Positions 28,001 to 37,734 are shown, counted from the stretch's first letter. The stretch: DNA of 64,000 nt from Pseudomonadota bacterium (GCA_018816735.1 JAHIVH010000107.1:2044-66043), one strand, 5' to 3'. Program-made: numbers and translations. Notes: generated by a model from the sequence alone, not told the origin.

Positions 28001-30145
28001 ATGAGATCAGCGTATCACGCACGGGTCATTTTTCTTTTAATATTTATATTTTCGGTTTTTGTAAATCAGGAACTGCTTGCTGCACCGAAAATAATATTGG
28101 AACGGGGAATAAGCAGTTATCCATTGGGGGCAGGCCTGGCGTATCTGGAAGATAAAAATGGCGATTTGGCCATAGCGGATGTGGATACACCGGAGATGGC
28201 GGAAAGTTTTGTCAGGAATGAGACCGGGGTGATCAATTTTGGATTTACGTCTTCTGTTTACTGGATAAAATTCAATGTTGAAAATGAAAATCCTGAAGTC
28301 AAAAACTGGTTAATAGAGATAGGGTATCCTCATCTGGATTCATTGAAATTCTTTTTTCCAGATGGGAATGGGGGGTATCATATTAAAAAATCAGGAGATC
28401 TGCTGCCATTCACCGAAAGGGAAATCAATCACAGACTGTTTCTTTTTAAGCTTCACATTGAAACCGGGCAAAGTCAGGAAGTATTTTTAAGGGTCAAGAC
28501 ACAAAGCTCCTTTCAGGTACCGCTGACCATATGGGAACCGATAAAATTTTCCGAGAAAGTGTACAGGGAGGAGCTGGGCTACGGGATCTATTATGGCATC
28601 ATGATTGTCATGGTCCTGTATAACCTCTTTTTGTTTTTCAGCATCCGGGATAAAGCCACCTTATATTACGTGCTCTATATCGGCACATTCGGGTTTGGCA
28701 TCATGTCTTTAAATGGTGTGACAGCACAATATCTCTGGTATAACTTGCCGGTATTTGCAAACAAGATCCTTCTGGTAAGTCTTTATCTTGCCATGTCCAT
28801 GCTATGCCTGTTCAGCAGGACATACCTGAATACAAAGCAAAATGCCCCCCGCCTTGATAAAAGTATCGTTTTTCTGATGATTTTCGGGTTTGCCGGTTCA
28901 GTATTATCCTTATTTATCAAATACGAGCTGGGGGTTAAAATGGTGGCTCTCTTTGGTGTAAGCTGCCCCATTCCCACCTTCATCGCAGGTATTGTCTGCT
29001 GGCGAAAAGGAATTGCCGCAGCCAGATATTATCTGATTGCCTGGATATTCCTTTTACTGGGGATTTTCGTATTGGCCCTTAGAAATTTTGGTGTGCTCCC
29101 AAGCATCTTTTTTACGGAATATGCGGTTCAAATCGGTTCAGCCATGGAAGTGATCCTGCTTTCACTGGGTCTTGCAGACAGAATCAATATTATGAAAAAG
29201 GAGCGGTTTCTTGCCCAGCAGGAAGCACTTTCGGCTCAGGAAAAAATGCTGAAACAGCTTCAGGAGATGGACAGGCTGAAAGATGAGATGAACAGAAACT
29301 TGGAGGACAAGGTTCGGGAACGCACAGAAGAACTCAGCCAGGCCATGCAAGAAACGGAAAAGATAAACCGTCAGTTGACAGAGACCACCGAGGCGCTCTG
29401 GGGAGAAATGGAACTGGCGAAACGGATTCAGACGATTCTTTTGCCCAAGAATCCTGAAATACCGGGATATGAGATCTCTGTTTTTATGGAACCGGCCGAA
29501 GAAGTCGGTGGGGATTATTATGATATCATTCATTCCCATGGAAAAAACTGGATCGTCATAGGCGATGTGTCCGGCCATGGCGTACCAGCAGGATTGATCA
29601 TGATGATGGTTCAGACGGCCATTCACGTGACAGTCAGTCAGAATCCGGATCTTGAACCGTCAAAACTCCTTTCGATCATCAATCAAACAATTACCAAAAA
29701 TATCCAGATGATGGGTGACGATAAATACATGACGATCACCGTAATGGCCGCATACGAAGACGGACATTTCGTTTTTTCCGGTCTGCATCAGGATATCCTG
29801 ATCTACCGTAACCAGGACCGCGAGATTGAAGTGATTGAAACAAACGGTCTCTGGTTGGGTGTTGCTGAAGATATTCGCGGTTTTTTAAAAGACGAGCAGT
29901 TTGAGCTGGATCAGGATGATATGGTTCTCGTGTTTACAGATGGGCTGACCGAGTCTTGGGAAAAAGGGGTCGATCCGGAAAAGAGATCCCCTGATATAAA
30001 CATGTTTGGCCAGGACAGACTCAAACAAGCGCTAAAAGAATTGGGGGATGTGTCCACCGACCACGTTCTGAGGGGGATTATTGCAACGCTGAAAGCCTAT
30101 GAAACCACCGATGACATCACAATGGTGGCCTTGAAGCGGCTTTAG
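28001..30145 (+). CDS. 7TMR-DISM receptor (extracellular DISMED2 + 7TM) fused to a PP2C/SpoIIE phosphatase
   Basis: Signal peptide; 'FGFTSSVYWIKFNVEN' and 'FLRVKTQSSFQVPLTIW'. Seven hydrophobic segments, then a coiled coil. SpoIIE motifs 'GGDYYDII', 'GDVSGHGVPAGLIMMM', 'FTDGLTE' and 'DDITMVALKRL'. Confidence 0.85.
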   Translation: MRSAYHARVIFLLIFIFSVFVNQELLAAPKIILERGISSYPLGAGLAYLEDKNGDLAIADVDTPEMAESFVRNETGVINFGFTSSVYWIKFNVENENPEVKNWLIEIGYPHLDSLKFFFPDGNGGYHIKKSGDLLPFTEREINHRLFLFKLHIETGQSQEVFLRVKTQSSFQVPLTIWEPIKFSEKVYREELGYGIYYGIMIVMVLYNLFLFFSIRDKATLYYVLYIGTFGFGIMSLNGVTAQYLWYNLPVFANKILLVSLYLAMSMLCLFSRTYLNTKQNAPRLDKSIVFLMIFGFAGSVLSLFIKYELGVKMVALFGVSCPIPTFIAGIVCWRKGIAAARYYLIAWIFLLLGIFVLALRNFGVLPSIFFTEYAVQIGSAMEVILLSLGLADRINIMKKERFLAQQEALSAQEKMLKQLQEMDRLKDEMNRNLEDKVRERTEELSQAMQETEKINRQLTETTEALWGEMELAKRIQTILLPKNPEIPGYEISVFMEPAEEVGGDYYDIIHSHGKNWIVIGDVSGHGVPAGLIMMMVQTAIHVTVSQNPDLEPSKLLSIINQTITKNIQMMGDDKYMTITVMAAYEDGHFVFSGLHQDILIYRNQDREIEVIETNGLWLGVAEDIRGFLKDEQFELDQDDMVLVFTDGLTESWEKGVDPEKRSPDINMFGQDRLKQALKELGDVSTDHVLRGIIATLKAYETTDDITMVALKRL

Positions 30146-30154
30146 GCGACAGCA

Positions 30155-30976
30155 TCAAGGCTCACAGAGAAGCTGTCGTATTCTTTCGCTTAAAAACATG
30201 ATGGATTCGATATCCAGATGTTCGGTAATCGTTTCGTCAAAGGAGAGTTTCACTTCTGCCTCGATTCCCTCCTCTGTGGCTTTATCCCAGAACATCAGCC
30301 TTACTGGCACTTTGGGAAGTGGCTGAAATAACACAGCCACATCTGCGGAATCAATGTTGTCCCCTATATCCTGTCCACCAATGGCCAGGGCTTTTTCAAG
30401 AAGGGCACGCGTGTGCCCCCTGAATTTTTCGATCAACGGTGTTTCCACATGGGCAATCATCGATTTCATTTTGGATACGGTATTTGGAAATTCCACCAAT
30501 CCTTTCCAGTTACCTGCAGGCAGTCTTCTGCCACCCTGAGCCACATGGTTGTATAGAAATACCTTTTCCCACCGGGTCAGCGCCTCTCCATTTTTTTTCA
30601 CCATGCCATCTTTTGAAATCAACACGGCATCGTTAAAGTAACGCAGTTCAAGATGCATGTCCCCGTTTTTTTCCACGAGCATCCCGCCTATTCGTTCCGG
30701 CAGATCCTTTATATCTGTTGAAGCTGCCTTTTCTTTTGCCCATTTCAGAGCATCCTGGGCCATATCCTTCTTGAGCCATTTCCCTTCAGCATATTGCGCT
30801 TCCAGTTCAACCGTGCATCGATTGAGTGTTTCCTTGTCAAGATGGGGACAGTTGGCAAGCGGGTATTTTTCAGACACGACCATGCTTGCAAATGCCATAC
30901 ATGTGGAAAATCCACAATCCCTGCAATTTGTTTTTGGAAGAACATCTCTATACAGATCCACAACTGAAAGCGCCAT
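30155..30976 (-). CDS. DUF3786-family protein with an N-terminal putative Fe-S binding motif
   Basis: 'LPKTNCRDCGFSTCMAFASMVVSEKYPLANCPHL', a CO-dehydrogenase/ACS-type FeS motif, is followed by a DUF3786-like body. Confidence 0.65.
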   Translation of the reverse strand: MALSVVDLYRDVLPKTNCRDCGFSTCMAFASMVVSEKYPLANCPHLDKETLNRCTVELEAQYAEGKWLKKDMAQDALKWAKEKAASTDIKDLPERIGGMLVEKNGDMHLELRYFNDAVLISKDGMVKKNGEALTRWEKVFLYNHVAQGGRRLPAGNWKGLVEFPNTVSKMKSMIAHVETPLIEKFRGHTRALLEKALAIGGQDIGDNIDSADVAVLFQPLPKVPVRLMFWDKATEEGIEAEVKLSFDETITEHLDIESIMFLSERIRQLLCEP

Positions 30977-31004
30977 TTCGATGAATCCCTTTGTCTATAA
31001 AAGT

Positions 31005-31190
31005 TTATGCTTTGCCGTCAAGATGGCATGCGGACGTGTCCAGCTTCTTGCCGCAGGCCGTGCATGTGTGTTTTTTGTTTAACTCATCACTGAAAATTTC
31101 GTTTTCCTTGCCGCATGACGGGCATTTGCATGAAAGGGTTTGGACACTCTTGTTCAGTTCGTTTCCCGGACATCTTGCTGTGGTTGTCAT
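31005..31190 (-). CDS. Small zinc-ribbon protein (61 aa)
   Basis: 'CKCPSCGKE...TCTACGKK' gives two CxxC pairs. ATG at 31190 lies 8 nt after GGAGG; the ORF-track start at 31205 contains that RBS. The gene is 28 nt upstream of the DUF3786 gene on the same strand. Confidence 0.55.
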   Translation of the reverse strand: MTTTARCPGNELNKSVQTLSCKCPSCGKENEIFSDELNKKHTCTACGKKLDTSACHLDGKA

Positions 31191-31688
31191 GGCGTTTACC
31201 TCCATTTTTTATGATTTAAGTTAACTGCTTTTCAAATATCTTTGACAAACAGGTTAATCAAGTTCCATGCCAGATTCAAACAATAGTTTCATGCCCTTTT
31301 TAGGAGATGTGATGATCGGGTGGAATTAAAACCAATTGCCGGGCATTTTCAGACTATTTGAATGATACGTTGTGCTTAAGATGTTGCACTTTGGTCAATG
31401 ATCAGCATGACGGTTCGATAATGATAGTATTCCTTTTCTTGAGACAGACCTGTCTCATTTACTATCAAATACCTGCCCCTGAAATCAATGCTTTTGTTGT
31501 AAAAAAGGATTTGATGTTTTTTTTGGGTAATGACATATTAGACATCGGAAAATGGGTATATTCTTTTACAAATTGTCAATTCCAATCTTGTCGGACAAAT
31601 GTTTAATCCCATTATGGATAACAATCAGTTACATAGCAATACGCTCATAAATCTTATAAATTCCAGTTTGTAAAAGGTAACCGTTACC

Positions 31689-34600
31689 ATGGCTCAGGCA
31701 AAAAAATTCGGTACGTTTGCTGGCGTGTTCACGCCGTCTATTTTGACGATTCTAGGCGTGATCATGTATTTGAGGCTCCCCTGGATTGTAGGGCAGGCAG
31801 GCCTTTATATGACCATAGGTATCATTCTTGTGGCCCATGTGATTTCTGTCACCACCGGAATGAGTGTTTCATCCATTGCCACAGACAAACGGGTAAAAGC
31901 AGGCGGCACATATTATATGATTTCGCGAAGCTTGGGGCTTCCTATCGGGGGAACACTGGGCCTGGCCCTTTTTGTGGGGCTTTCATTTTCCGTCAGCCTG
32001 TATCTGATCGGTTTTTCAGAGAGCCTGCTGGGCTTTTTTAACATGGAAATCACCAAAAACACCATTCGGATAGCCGGAACGATTGCCCTTGTCTGCGTGA
32101 CAACGATCACATTAATCAGTACCAGCCTGGCCATTAAAACCCAGTTTCTGATTATGGCAGCCATTCTGGTGTCTTTGGGGTCGATTTTTTTGGGAAACCA
32201 CGAGTACTCGCCGACAGCCCCTCTTTTATTGCCTCTTAAAGACAGTGCCCCCTTTATTGTCTTGTTTGGCATATTCTTTCCTGCAGTGACCGGATTTGAG
32301 TCAGGGGTTTCCATGTCCGGTGATCTTAAAGATCCTAAAAAATCGATTCTTCTTGGCACGATTATAGCGATTGTCGTGGGGCTTTTCGTATATTTGGGGC
32401 TGGCTTTTTATTTTGCATTCAGCGTGAATTCTGACCAGTTGACCGGGAATTCAAAAGTGCTTCTTGATATTTCCCTGAACCCCCATCTCGTGGTGGCTGG
32501 CATCTGGGGGGCGACCATCTCATCCGCATTAGGAAGCATTTTAGGTGCACCAAGAATCCTTCAGGCAACAAGCCATGACCATATTACGCCCGGTTTTTTT
32601 GGTGTGGGATACGGAAAAGAAAATGAACCCAGAAATGCACTTCTATTGACCTTTGTCATTGCAGAAGCCGGTATTTTGATTGGTGAACTGGATGTGATCG
32701 CCCGCGTCGTTTCCATGTTTTTTATCACGACCTATGGATTTTTAAATTTGAGCTGTGCGGCTGAGAGCTGGGCAAGTCCGGATTTCAGACCTGAGTTTAA
32801 AACGCCAAAAACCGTCAGTATCATAGGCTCTGTCACTTGCTTCATCGTTATGGTTGAGCTTGATATTCTGGCCATGATCGGTGCGACTATCATTCTTCTT
32901 AGCGTTTTTTTCTATTTAAAGCGAAAGGAACTGACCCTTGAAACCGGCGATACATGGGAGGGCATTTGGTCATCCATGATTCGAAGCGGGCTTCATCGTT
33001 TAAACCAGCGGGAGACGCATCAACGGAACTGGCGTCCCAATATTATCCTGTTCAGCGGGGGAACGAGCGCCCGCCCCCATCTCATAGAAACAGGGAAATG
33101 GCTTGTGGATAAACGGGGACTTTTATCTAACTTTGATCTCAACGAAAACCCTGACCTGAATGTCCTTTTCAGAAAAACAGACCAGAGTATCAGAGATGAT
33201 GTTGATGATGGCATATTTGCCAGACGGATCGAATGCAGTGACAAATTCGAATGCATGGAGACAATTTCAAAATATTATGGATTTTCCGGCATCGAACCCA
33301 ATACGGTCCTGATTGGCTGGGGGCATAATACAGAGAAACCGGACAAATTCCTGAAGGTCTTAACAAGTGTAATCAGTCTTGACCTGAATCTGATGCTGTT
33401 AAACTATGTGGATGGAAGAGGATTTGGCAACCATGAAACCATTGACGTATGGTGGCGAGGATCAGGAAACAATATCAGCCTCGCGCTTGCCTTGATCCGT
33501 TTTTTAACCGCATCCCAGACCTGGCAAGATGTGACGATCCGTTTTCTTACGGTGACCGAAGAGAGTGCCTCTGTTGACCGATTGTTTGATGAAATGAACA
33601 AACTCCTTTTGGACTACCGGTTGGAAGGGGTCGTAAAAATCATCAACAACGCGGCTGAAAAGAAACCATTTGCGGAAATTTTGGCAAGAGAATCAGGAAA
33701 AGCTGACCTGGTGGTCATAGGTATTCCAGATATTCATATTGAGGCGCCCGCAAATTATATCAACAAAGTCAACACGATTATCGATCCTCTGGGAACGGCC
33801 CTTCTTATTTATGCGTCGTCATTTTTTGAACCGGTTCATATGTCGGACACCGTGTCATATGCACTATCACCTAAAATGGTGCCGGAAGATACAGGCAAGG
33901 ATGCTGCGATTTACACGCTTGCAATCCCTTCAGCCGTTAATGACGTCCCTTCAGGCCTCAAGCCGGTTGTCCTGAAATTGTTTAACAAGCTTCAGGAAAT
34001 CGGCCAGAAAGTGGATCAGTCTTGCGTTGCGGTGATTTTGAATCATCACCAGGGGTTGTCAAATACAATTCATGATCTGATGCAGGGAAGTTTTACGACT
34101 CTGGAAAAAAAGCTTTCCGCGAACGAGAAACAGAGAAATCATCGGTTGATCCTTCGTGTCCAGAGTGAGTTTTTGTTTCATGTCAGGAAGATTTTTTCCG
34201 ATTTCACAAAAGAGACACTCGCTGCTATTGAAAAAAATCTTTCAGTAAGTATTGAAAAGCTTTACGGTGAATTGCCGGGCGTGGCTTCCGGTTTCCCAAA
34301 AACAGTCATGGTAAACTGCACCATTGATGCACTCCTTTCCTGTAAGACGGAAACAGTCAAATTCTCTTTCTATAAACGTACCAAAACAGTCTTATCCCGC
34401 TTTAACAATGGCAATGTGCGGTATCATATTCACTTCAGAGAAATCATAGATAACGCACTAAAAAGCAATATGGCGCCATCTTTCAGGGGACTTTATACGG
34501 CGCTTGCTATCAATAATTATCTTCTGATAAGGGATTTGAACCGGTTTATCGATATGTTCATGGATATGCTTCGGAATATAGAAAACAGGCAACTGACAGA

Positions 34601-36848
34601 TCCTTTGTTTTTGTCTGACATGATACGCCCCGAAAAGGAGAAGATCGCCGAAGAATTCAAAAAAATTGAGAGTTCATTTAATAGTGATTTTAAAAATATA
34701 TCAGATGTGTTCATGAGTTCTCCCTGGGTGCTGGTCAGTGCCTTGTCAGATGAACTGAAACAGCCGGACATTGGTTTTAAAAAGTCAACCATCTTTAAGG
34801 GGAAGGTTAAATGGATATCCTTTTTTGAAAAAGAGCTTTTTCCCGTACCGTCCGCATGGTCTGAAAACATGACACACGCACTCAATTTCACGTCGTTGGA
34901 CTTGACTCTCCTTTCTTTTCAGAATCGTCTGCGGACGATTATTGAGCGTGCAAAAGTCAACTACAAACTGATCGTTCAGAATCATTACCGGGAAAAACTA
35001 AACGGGTTTCAAAAGTGTCTTCAAACCTATCTTGAAGAAAGTCAGGATGCGTCATGCGATAAGCTGAAAATTCCTTATACATTCAAGGAAACCGTGGATG
35101 TCCGGTCTACTTTTGAATCCATGAAAACAGAAATTCATGCGGCGATCATTGATTTGCCTGAAAGCATGGATGTGCTTGACTATGATCAGATCGGAAGGAT
35201 TTCAGAAAAACCGTTTGATCCACTGGAAACGCGAATTCTTTCTTTGCAGCAGTTGATCGAATACCTGATCGAAACAGAATTATTAAGCCCTCTTGAGGAC
35301 AAAACAGCAGATATTTTCGGATTGATGACACATGCCAACACTACCGGGATGGAAGTCGTGCGCCTGATTACACTTCATCAAAAAGAGATGGAAGGTTTAA
35401 GTGGCGCCACAGAATCTCAATCCTTGGACAACTTTAAATCTGTTTTAAAAATGGGCGTCGAGCGTATCCAGGACGAACATCGCGTTTTTGAAACCATGGA
35501 TCAAAATCTTTCAGACGATTTTACGAAATTTTCGAATAGCGTATTTGAACGTCTGAACCCTTCCTCAATCGCAAAAGATGTGGAAACATTGCCCCATTAC
35601 TTTCGAAAGCTGCAAAGTGCCAAGGTAATGACCCACTTTGAAACGGTGAGGGCATCCACTCTGGCCCGGGTGAATGAATTGAATATCCGCTTTCTCTATT
35701 ACAGGCACAAGAAGCATCTTGAAAAAATCGAGATTGACAACAGGCCGCTTCAGTTTGATTTATTTGAGAAGCTCCTTGACTTTGTGGAATCTGTGTCGCC
35801 GGACAGAAGTGCGTTAAATGCCATTCCCTTTTATTACAGGCACCTTTTTCTTGGAAAACCACCCGTGACCAAAGAGTTCTGGCTGGGCCGGAAAAAAGAG
35901 ATTGCCCAGGCTGAAAAAACGGTTCTGAGATACCGGAATATGTATAAAGGGGCGCTGATGATAGTCGGAGAGAGTTTCTCCGGAAAGACAGCCCTGTCAC
36001 AATATATTGCGTCCAAGTATTTCGCCGGCAGGAACATCTATCAGATTAACCCTCCGGATGAAGGGTCTATTGACCCGTTTGTATTCAATATTCATTTGAG
36101 AGACGCGTTTCAGGATGCCGGAGATGTGGCAGACAATTTTTCTGCACTGGAAAATGAGAGCGTCATTATTTTTAACGATTGCGAACTCTGGTGGGAGAGA
36201 AGCACGCGCGGTTTTGCGGTGATTGATCGTATCCTTGGTATTATCGATCAGTATAGTCATCGTTTTTTCTTCATTTTAAACGCGAATGTATGCGCATACC
36301 GGTATATGAGCCGGATAAATAAAAAATTCAAAAATTATTTTCTGGATATTCTGAATTGTTCTCCTTTTGATGTGGAAACCATGAAGCAGGTTATTCTTCT
36401 GAGGCACCGGTCTACCGGTCTTAAATTCAGCTGGTTGGAAAAGGACGAGGAGATGCTGACCGATCTGAAGATGGTCCGGTTTTTTATCTTTCTTTCTAAA
36501 AGAAGTGGGGGAAATATAGGTGTTGCGCTTCAAAACTGGATATGGTGCATCGAAAAGGTCACCCGGGAAAGAATTGTGATTGATATCAAGCCAGAGCCTG
36601 ACATTGGCATTTTCAGAAACATGGAGCCTGTTCATCTCGTTCTTCTGGGGCAGTTTCATATCCACAAACGGTTAAGCCTGATGCGATTGATCCGGGTGAC
36701 AAAAATGGTGCCGGAAGAATTGGCGCATCATATAAGAACACTGAAAAGATGCGGCCTCCTTGTTGAAACCGTTGCCAATATCTTTGAAATCAATTCATTT
36801 GTAAAACCTTATCTGGCAGACTATCTGGAAGACAGGGGGATTTTATGA
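31689..36848 (+). CDS. 1,719-aa fusion of an SLC12/cation-chloride-cotransporter-like permease and its cytoplasmic domain with a ~1,000-aa extension ending in a STAND/AAA_16-like P-loop NTPase and a probable winged helix
   Basis: One uninterrupted ORF. 'FGTFAGVFTPSILTILGVIMYLRLPWIVGQAG' and 'AGGTYYMISRSLGLPIGG' are SLC12 hallmarks. 'NWRPNIILFSG' and 'IDVWWRGSGNNISLALALIRFL' match the SLC12 C-terminal domain. 'FWLGRKKEIAQAE...MIVGESFSGKTAL' includes a Walker A at nt 35967-35990, and 'VIIFNDCE' (36162-36185) is Walker B-like. Confidence 0.8.
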   Translation: MAQAKKFGTFAGVFTPSILTILGVIMYLRLPWIVGQAGLYMTIGIILVAHVISVTTGMSVSSIATDKRVKAGGTYYMISRSLGLPIGGTLGLALFVGLSFSVSLYLIGFSESLLGFFNMEITKNTIRIAGTIALVCVTTITLISTSLAIKTQFLIMAAILVSLGSIFLGNHEYSPTAPLLLPLKDSAPFIVLFGIFFPAVTGFESGVSMSGDLKDPKKSILLGTIIAIVVGLFVYLGLAFYFAFSVNSDQLTGNSKVLLDISLNPHLVVAGIWGATISSALGSILGAPRILQATSHDHITPGFFGVGYGKENEPRNALLLTFVIAEAGILIGELDVIARVVSMFFITTYGFLNLSCAAESWASPDFRPEFKTPKTVSIIGSVTCFIVMVELDILAMIGATIILLSVFFYLKRKELTLETGDTWEGIWSSMIRSGLHRLNQRETHQRNWRPNIILFSGGTSARPHLIETGKWLVDKRGLLSNFDLNENPDLNVLFRKTDQSIRDDVDDGIFARRIECSDKFECMETISKYYGFSGIEPNTVLIGWGHNTEKPDKFLKVLTSVISLDLNLMLLNYVDGRGFGNHETIDVWWRGSGNNISLALALIRFLTASQTWQDVTIRFLTVTEESASVDRLFDEMNKLLLDYRLEGVVKIINNAAEKKPFAEILARESGKADLVVIGIPDIHIEAPANYINKVNTIIDPLGTALLIYASSFFEPVHMSDTVSYALSPKMVPEDTGKDAAIYTLAIPSAVNDVPSGLKPVVLKLFNKLQEIGQKVDQSCVAVILNHHQGLSNTIHDLMQGSFTTLEKKLSANEKQRNHRLILRVQSEFLFHVRKIFSDFTKETLAAIEKNLSVSIEKLYGELPGVASGFPKTVMVNCTIDALLSCKTETVKFSFYKRTKTVLSRFNNGNVRYHIHFREIIDNALKSNMAPSFRGLYTALAINNYLLIRDLNRFIDMFMDMLRNIENRQLTDPLFLSDMIRPEKEKIAEEFKKIESSFNSDFKNISDVFMSSPWVLVSALSDELKQPDIGFKKSTIFKGKVKWISFFEKELFPVPSAWSENMTHALNFTSLDLTLLSFQNRLRTIIERAKVNYKLIVQNHYREKLNGFQKCLQTYLEESQDASCDKLKIPYTFKETVDVRSTFESMKTEIHAAIIDLPESMDVLDYDQIGRISEKPFDPLETRILSLQQLIEYLIETELLSPLEDKTADIFGLMTHANTTGMEVVRLITLHQKEMEGLSGATESQSLDNFKSVLKMGVERIQDEHRVFETMDQNLSDDFTKFSNSVFERLNPSSIAKDVETLPHYFRKLQSAKVMTHFETVRASTLARVNELNIRFLYYRHKKHLEKIEIDNRPLQFDLFEKLLDFVESVSPDRSALNAIPFYYRHLFLGKPPVTKEFWLGRKKEIAQAEKTVLRYRNMYKGALMIVGESFSGKTALSQYIASKYFAGRNIYQINPPDEGSIDPFVFNIHLRDAFQDAGDVADNFSALENESVIIFNDCELWWERSTRGFAVIDRILGIIDQYSHRFFFILNANVCAYRYMSRINKKFKNYFLDILNCSPFDVETMKQVILLRHRSTGLKFSWLEKDEEMLTDLKMVRFFIFLSKRSGGNIGVALQNWIWCIEKVTRERIVIDIKPEPDIGIFRNMEPVHLVLLGQFHIHKRLSLMRLIRVTKMVPEELAHHIRTLKRCGLLVETVANIFEINSFVKPYLADYLEDRGIL

Positions 36849-36905
36849 AGACCGTATTTCTATATGGCAGGCGTTTTTTTTATATACTCGAAGGCGGAGG
36901 GACGT

Positions 36906-37508
36906 ATGAAAGATAGGAACCGGTTTTCGGGTTTTTTAAGGTTCACAATATGCGTCTTCTTCCTGGCGTTATCCGTTTATCTGTTGTCCGGTAAGTATTC
37001 GGGCCATGTCCTGGCTCTATTTGCCGTGTTTGCGGTCATTCTGGTTGCCGGAGGGTGGTCTTCCATGAGGGATGTGCTTGCCGGGATTTTCCTGAGAATT
37101 GAAAACCAGATCTCGGTGGGTGACTATATCCTTTTGAACAATCTGTCAGGACGGGTTCAGCTTTTAGGGTTGAGATGCCTTTCTCTTAAAAAGGATGATG
37201 GGCCGTATGTATTTGTTCCGTATTCGACTGTCGCAAAGGAAATCGTGACACGTCTTCCTCCATCAGAGCAGACGGATCCGTATACATTTTCACTGGTCGT
37301 TCCCAAAATTGCCAAACCCGGGGCCATGAGGGAAATTATCCGGAAAGCGGCACTTAACCTGATATGGGTGTCTTTAAAAACTGATCCCCGCATTCAGTTT
37401 CTGGAAGAAAAAGAGGATGGCTTTTTATTTGAAGTGACCGTGTATCCGGTCATCTCAGAATATGGCGCGCGTATAGAAGACTTCCTTAAAGCCGAGCTGG
37501 CCGCTTGA
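36906..37508 (+). CDS. Minimal MscS-like mechanosensitive-channel-family protein (200 aa)
   Basis: Two hydrophobic helices, then 'DVLAGIFLRIENQISVGDYILLNNLSGRVQLLGLRCLSLKKDDGPYVFVPYSTVAKEIV', which is the pore helix plus beta-domain pattern. ATG at 36906 follows GGAGGG. Confidence 0.65.
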   Translation: MKDRNRFSGFLRFTICVFFLALSVYLLSGKYSGHVLALFAVFAVILVAGGWSSMRDVLAGIFLRIENQISVGDYILLNNLSGRVQLLGLRCLSLKKDDGPYVFVPYSTVAKEIVTRLPPSEQTDPYTFSLVVPKIAKPGAMREIIRKAALNLIWVSLKTDPRIQFLEEKEDGFLFEVTVYPVISEYGARIEDFLKAELAA

Positions 37509-37531
37509 TAGCATATCGAACGGTCTATTCC

Positions 37532-37714
37532 TTATAGATTGACTATCCGCTCGGTATTTTTGCTCCGTATGACCTTGTGGCCGGTATTATCCAGGTCCGG
37601 CATCTTATCCAACAGATCTTCGATGTCATAAACATCTATATCAAATGGATAGTCGGTTCCCAAAACGATCTGCCCGACACCGGCAGTGCCGATGCCAATT
37701 TTGTGTCCACCCAG
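37532..37714 (-). pseudogene. 3' remnant (~60 codons) of an amidohydrolase-family gene
   Basis: The minus strand translates to 'LGGHKIGIGTAGVGQIVLGTDYPFDIDVYDIEDLLDKMPDLDNTGHKVIRSKNTERIVNL*'. The 'G(S/T)DYPF ... N..R(I/L)..L' ending is typical of amidohydrolase_2 C-termini. An in-frame TGA lies immediately upstream and there is no start codon. Confidence 0.5.
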
Positions 37715-37734
37715 TCAAAAATGTTTTAAAACCC

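Noticed and set aside
30657-31082. 141-aa + strand ORF (with 30354-30539, 30439-30636 and 30745-30963)
   Set aside because: These are antisense or alternative-frame shadows of the DUF3786 gene. They are Ser/Phe/Ala-rich with no recognisable family.
31257-31272. Sigma-54-like motif TGGCAT-GGAAC-TTGAT on the minus strand upstream of the zinc-ribbon gene
   Set aside because: The spacing is right, but the highly conserved -12 GC is replaced by GA. I mention it in a finding but do not call it a feature.
31358-31606. 82-aa + strand ORF upstream of the giant transporter gene
   Set aside because: It has a TTG start and no RBS. The sequence is Cys-rich and odd, so I regard it as part of a long leader or intergenic region.
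31913-36665. Numerous minus-strand ORFs inside the giant gene (e.g. 31913-32359, 34517-34891, 35521-36000, 36276-36665)
   Set aside because: All lie antisense within one continuous 5.2-kb ORF that carries clear family motifs, and none has motifs of its own.
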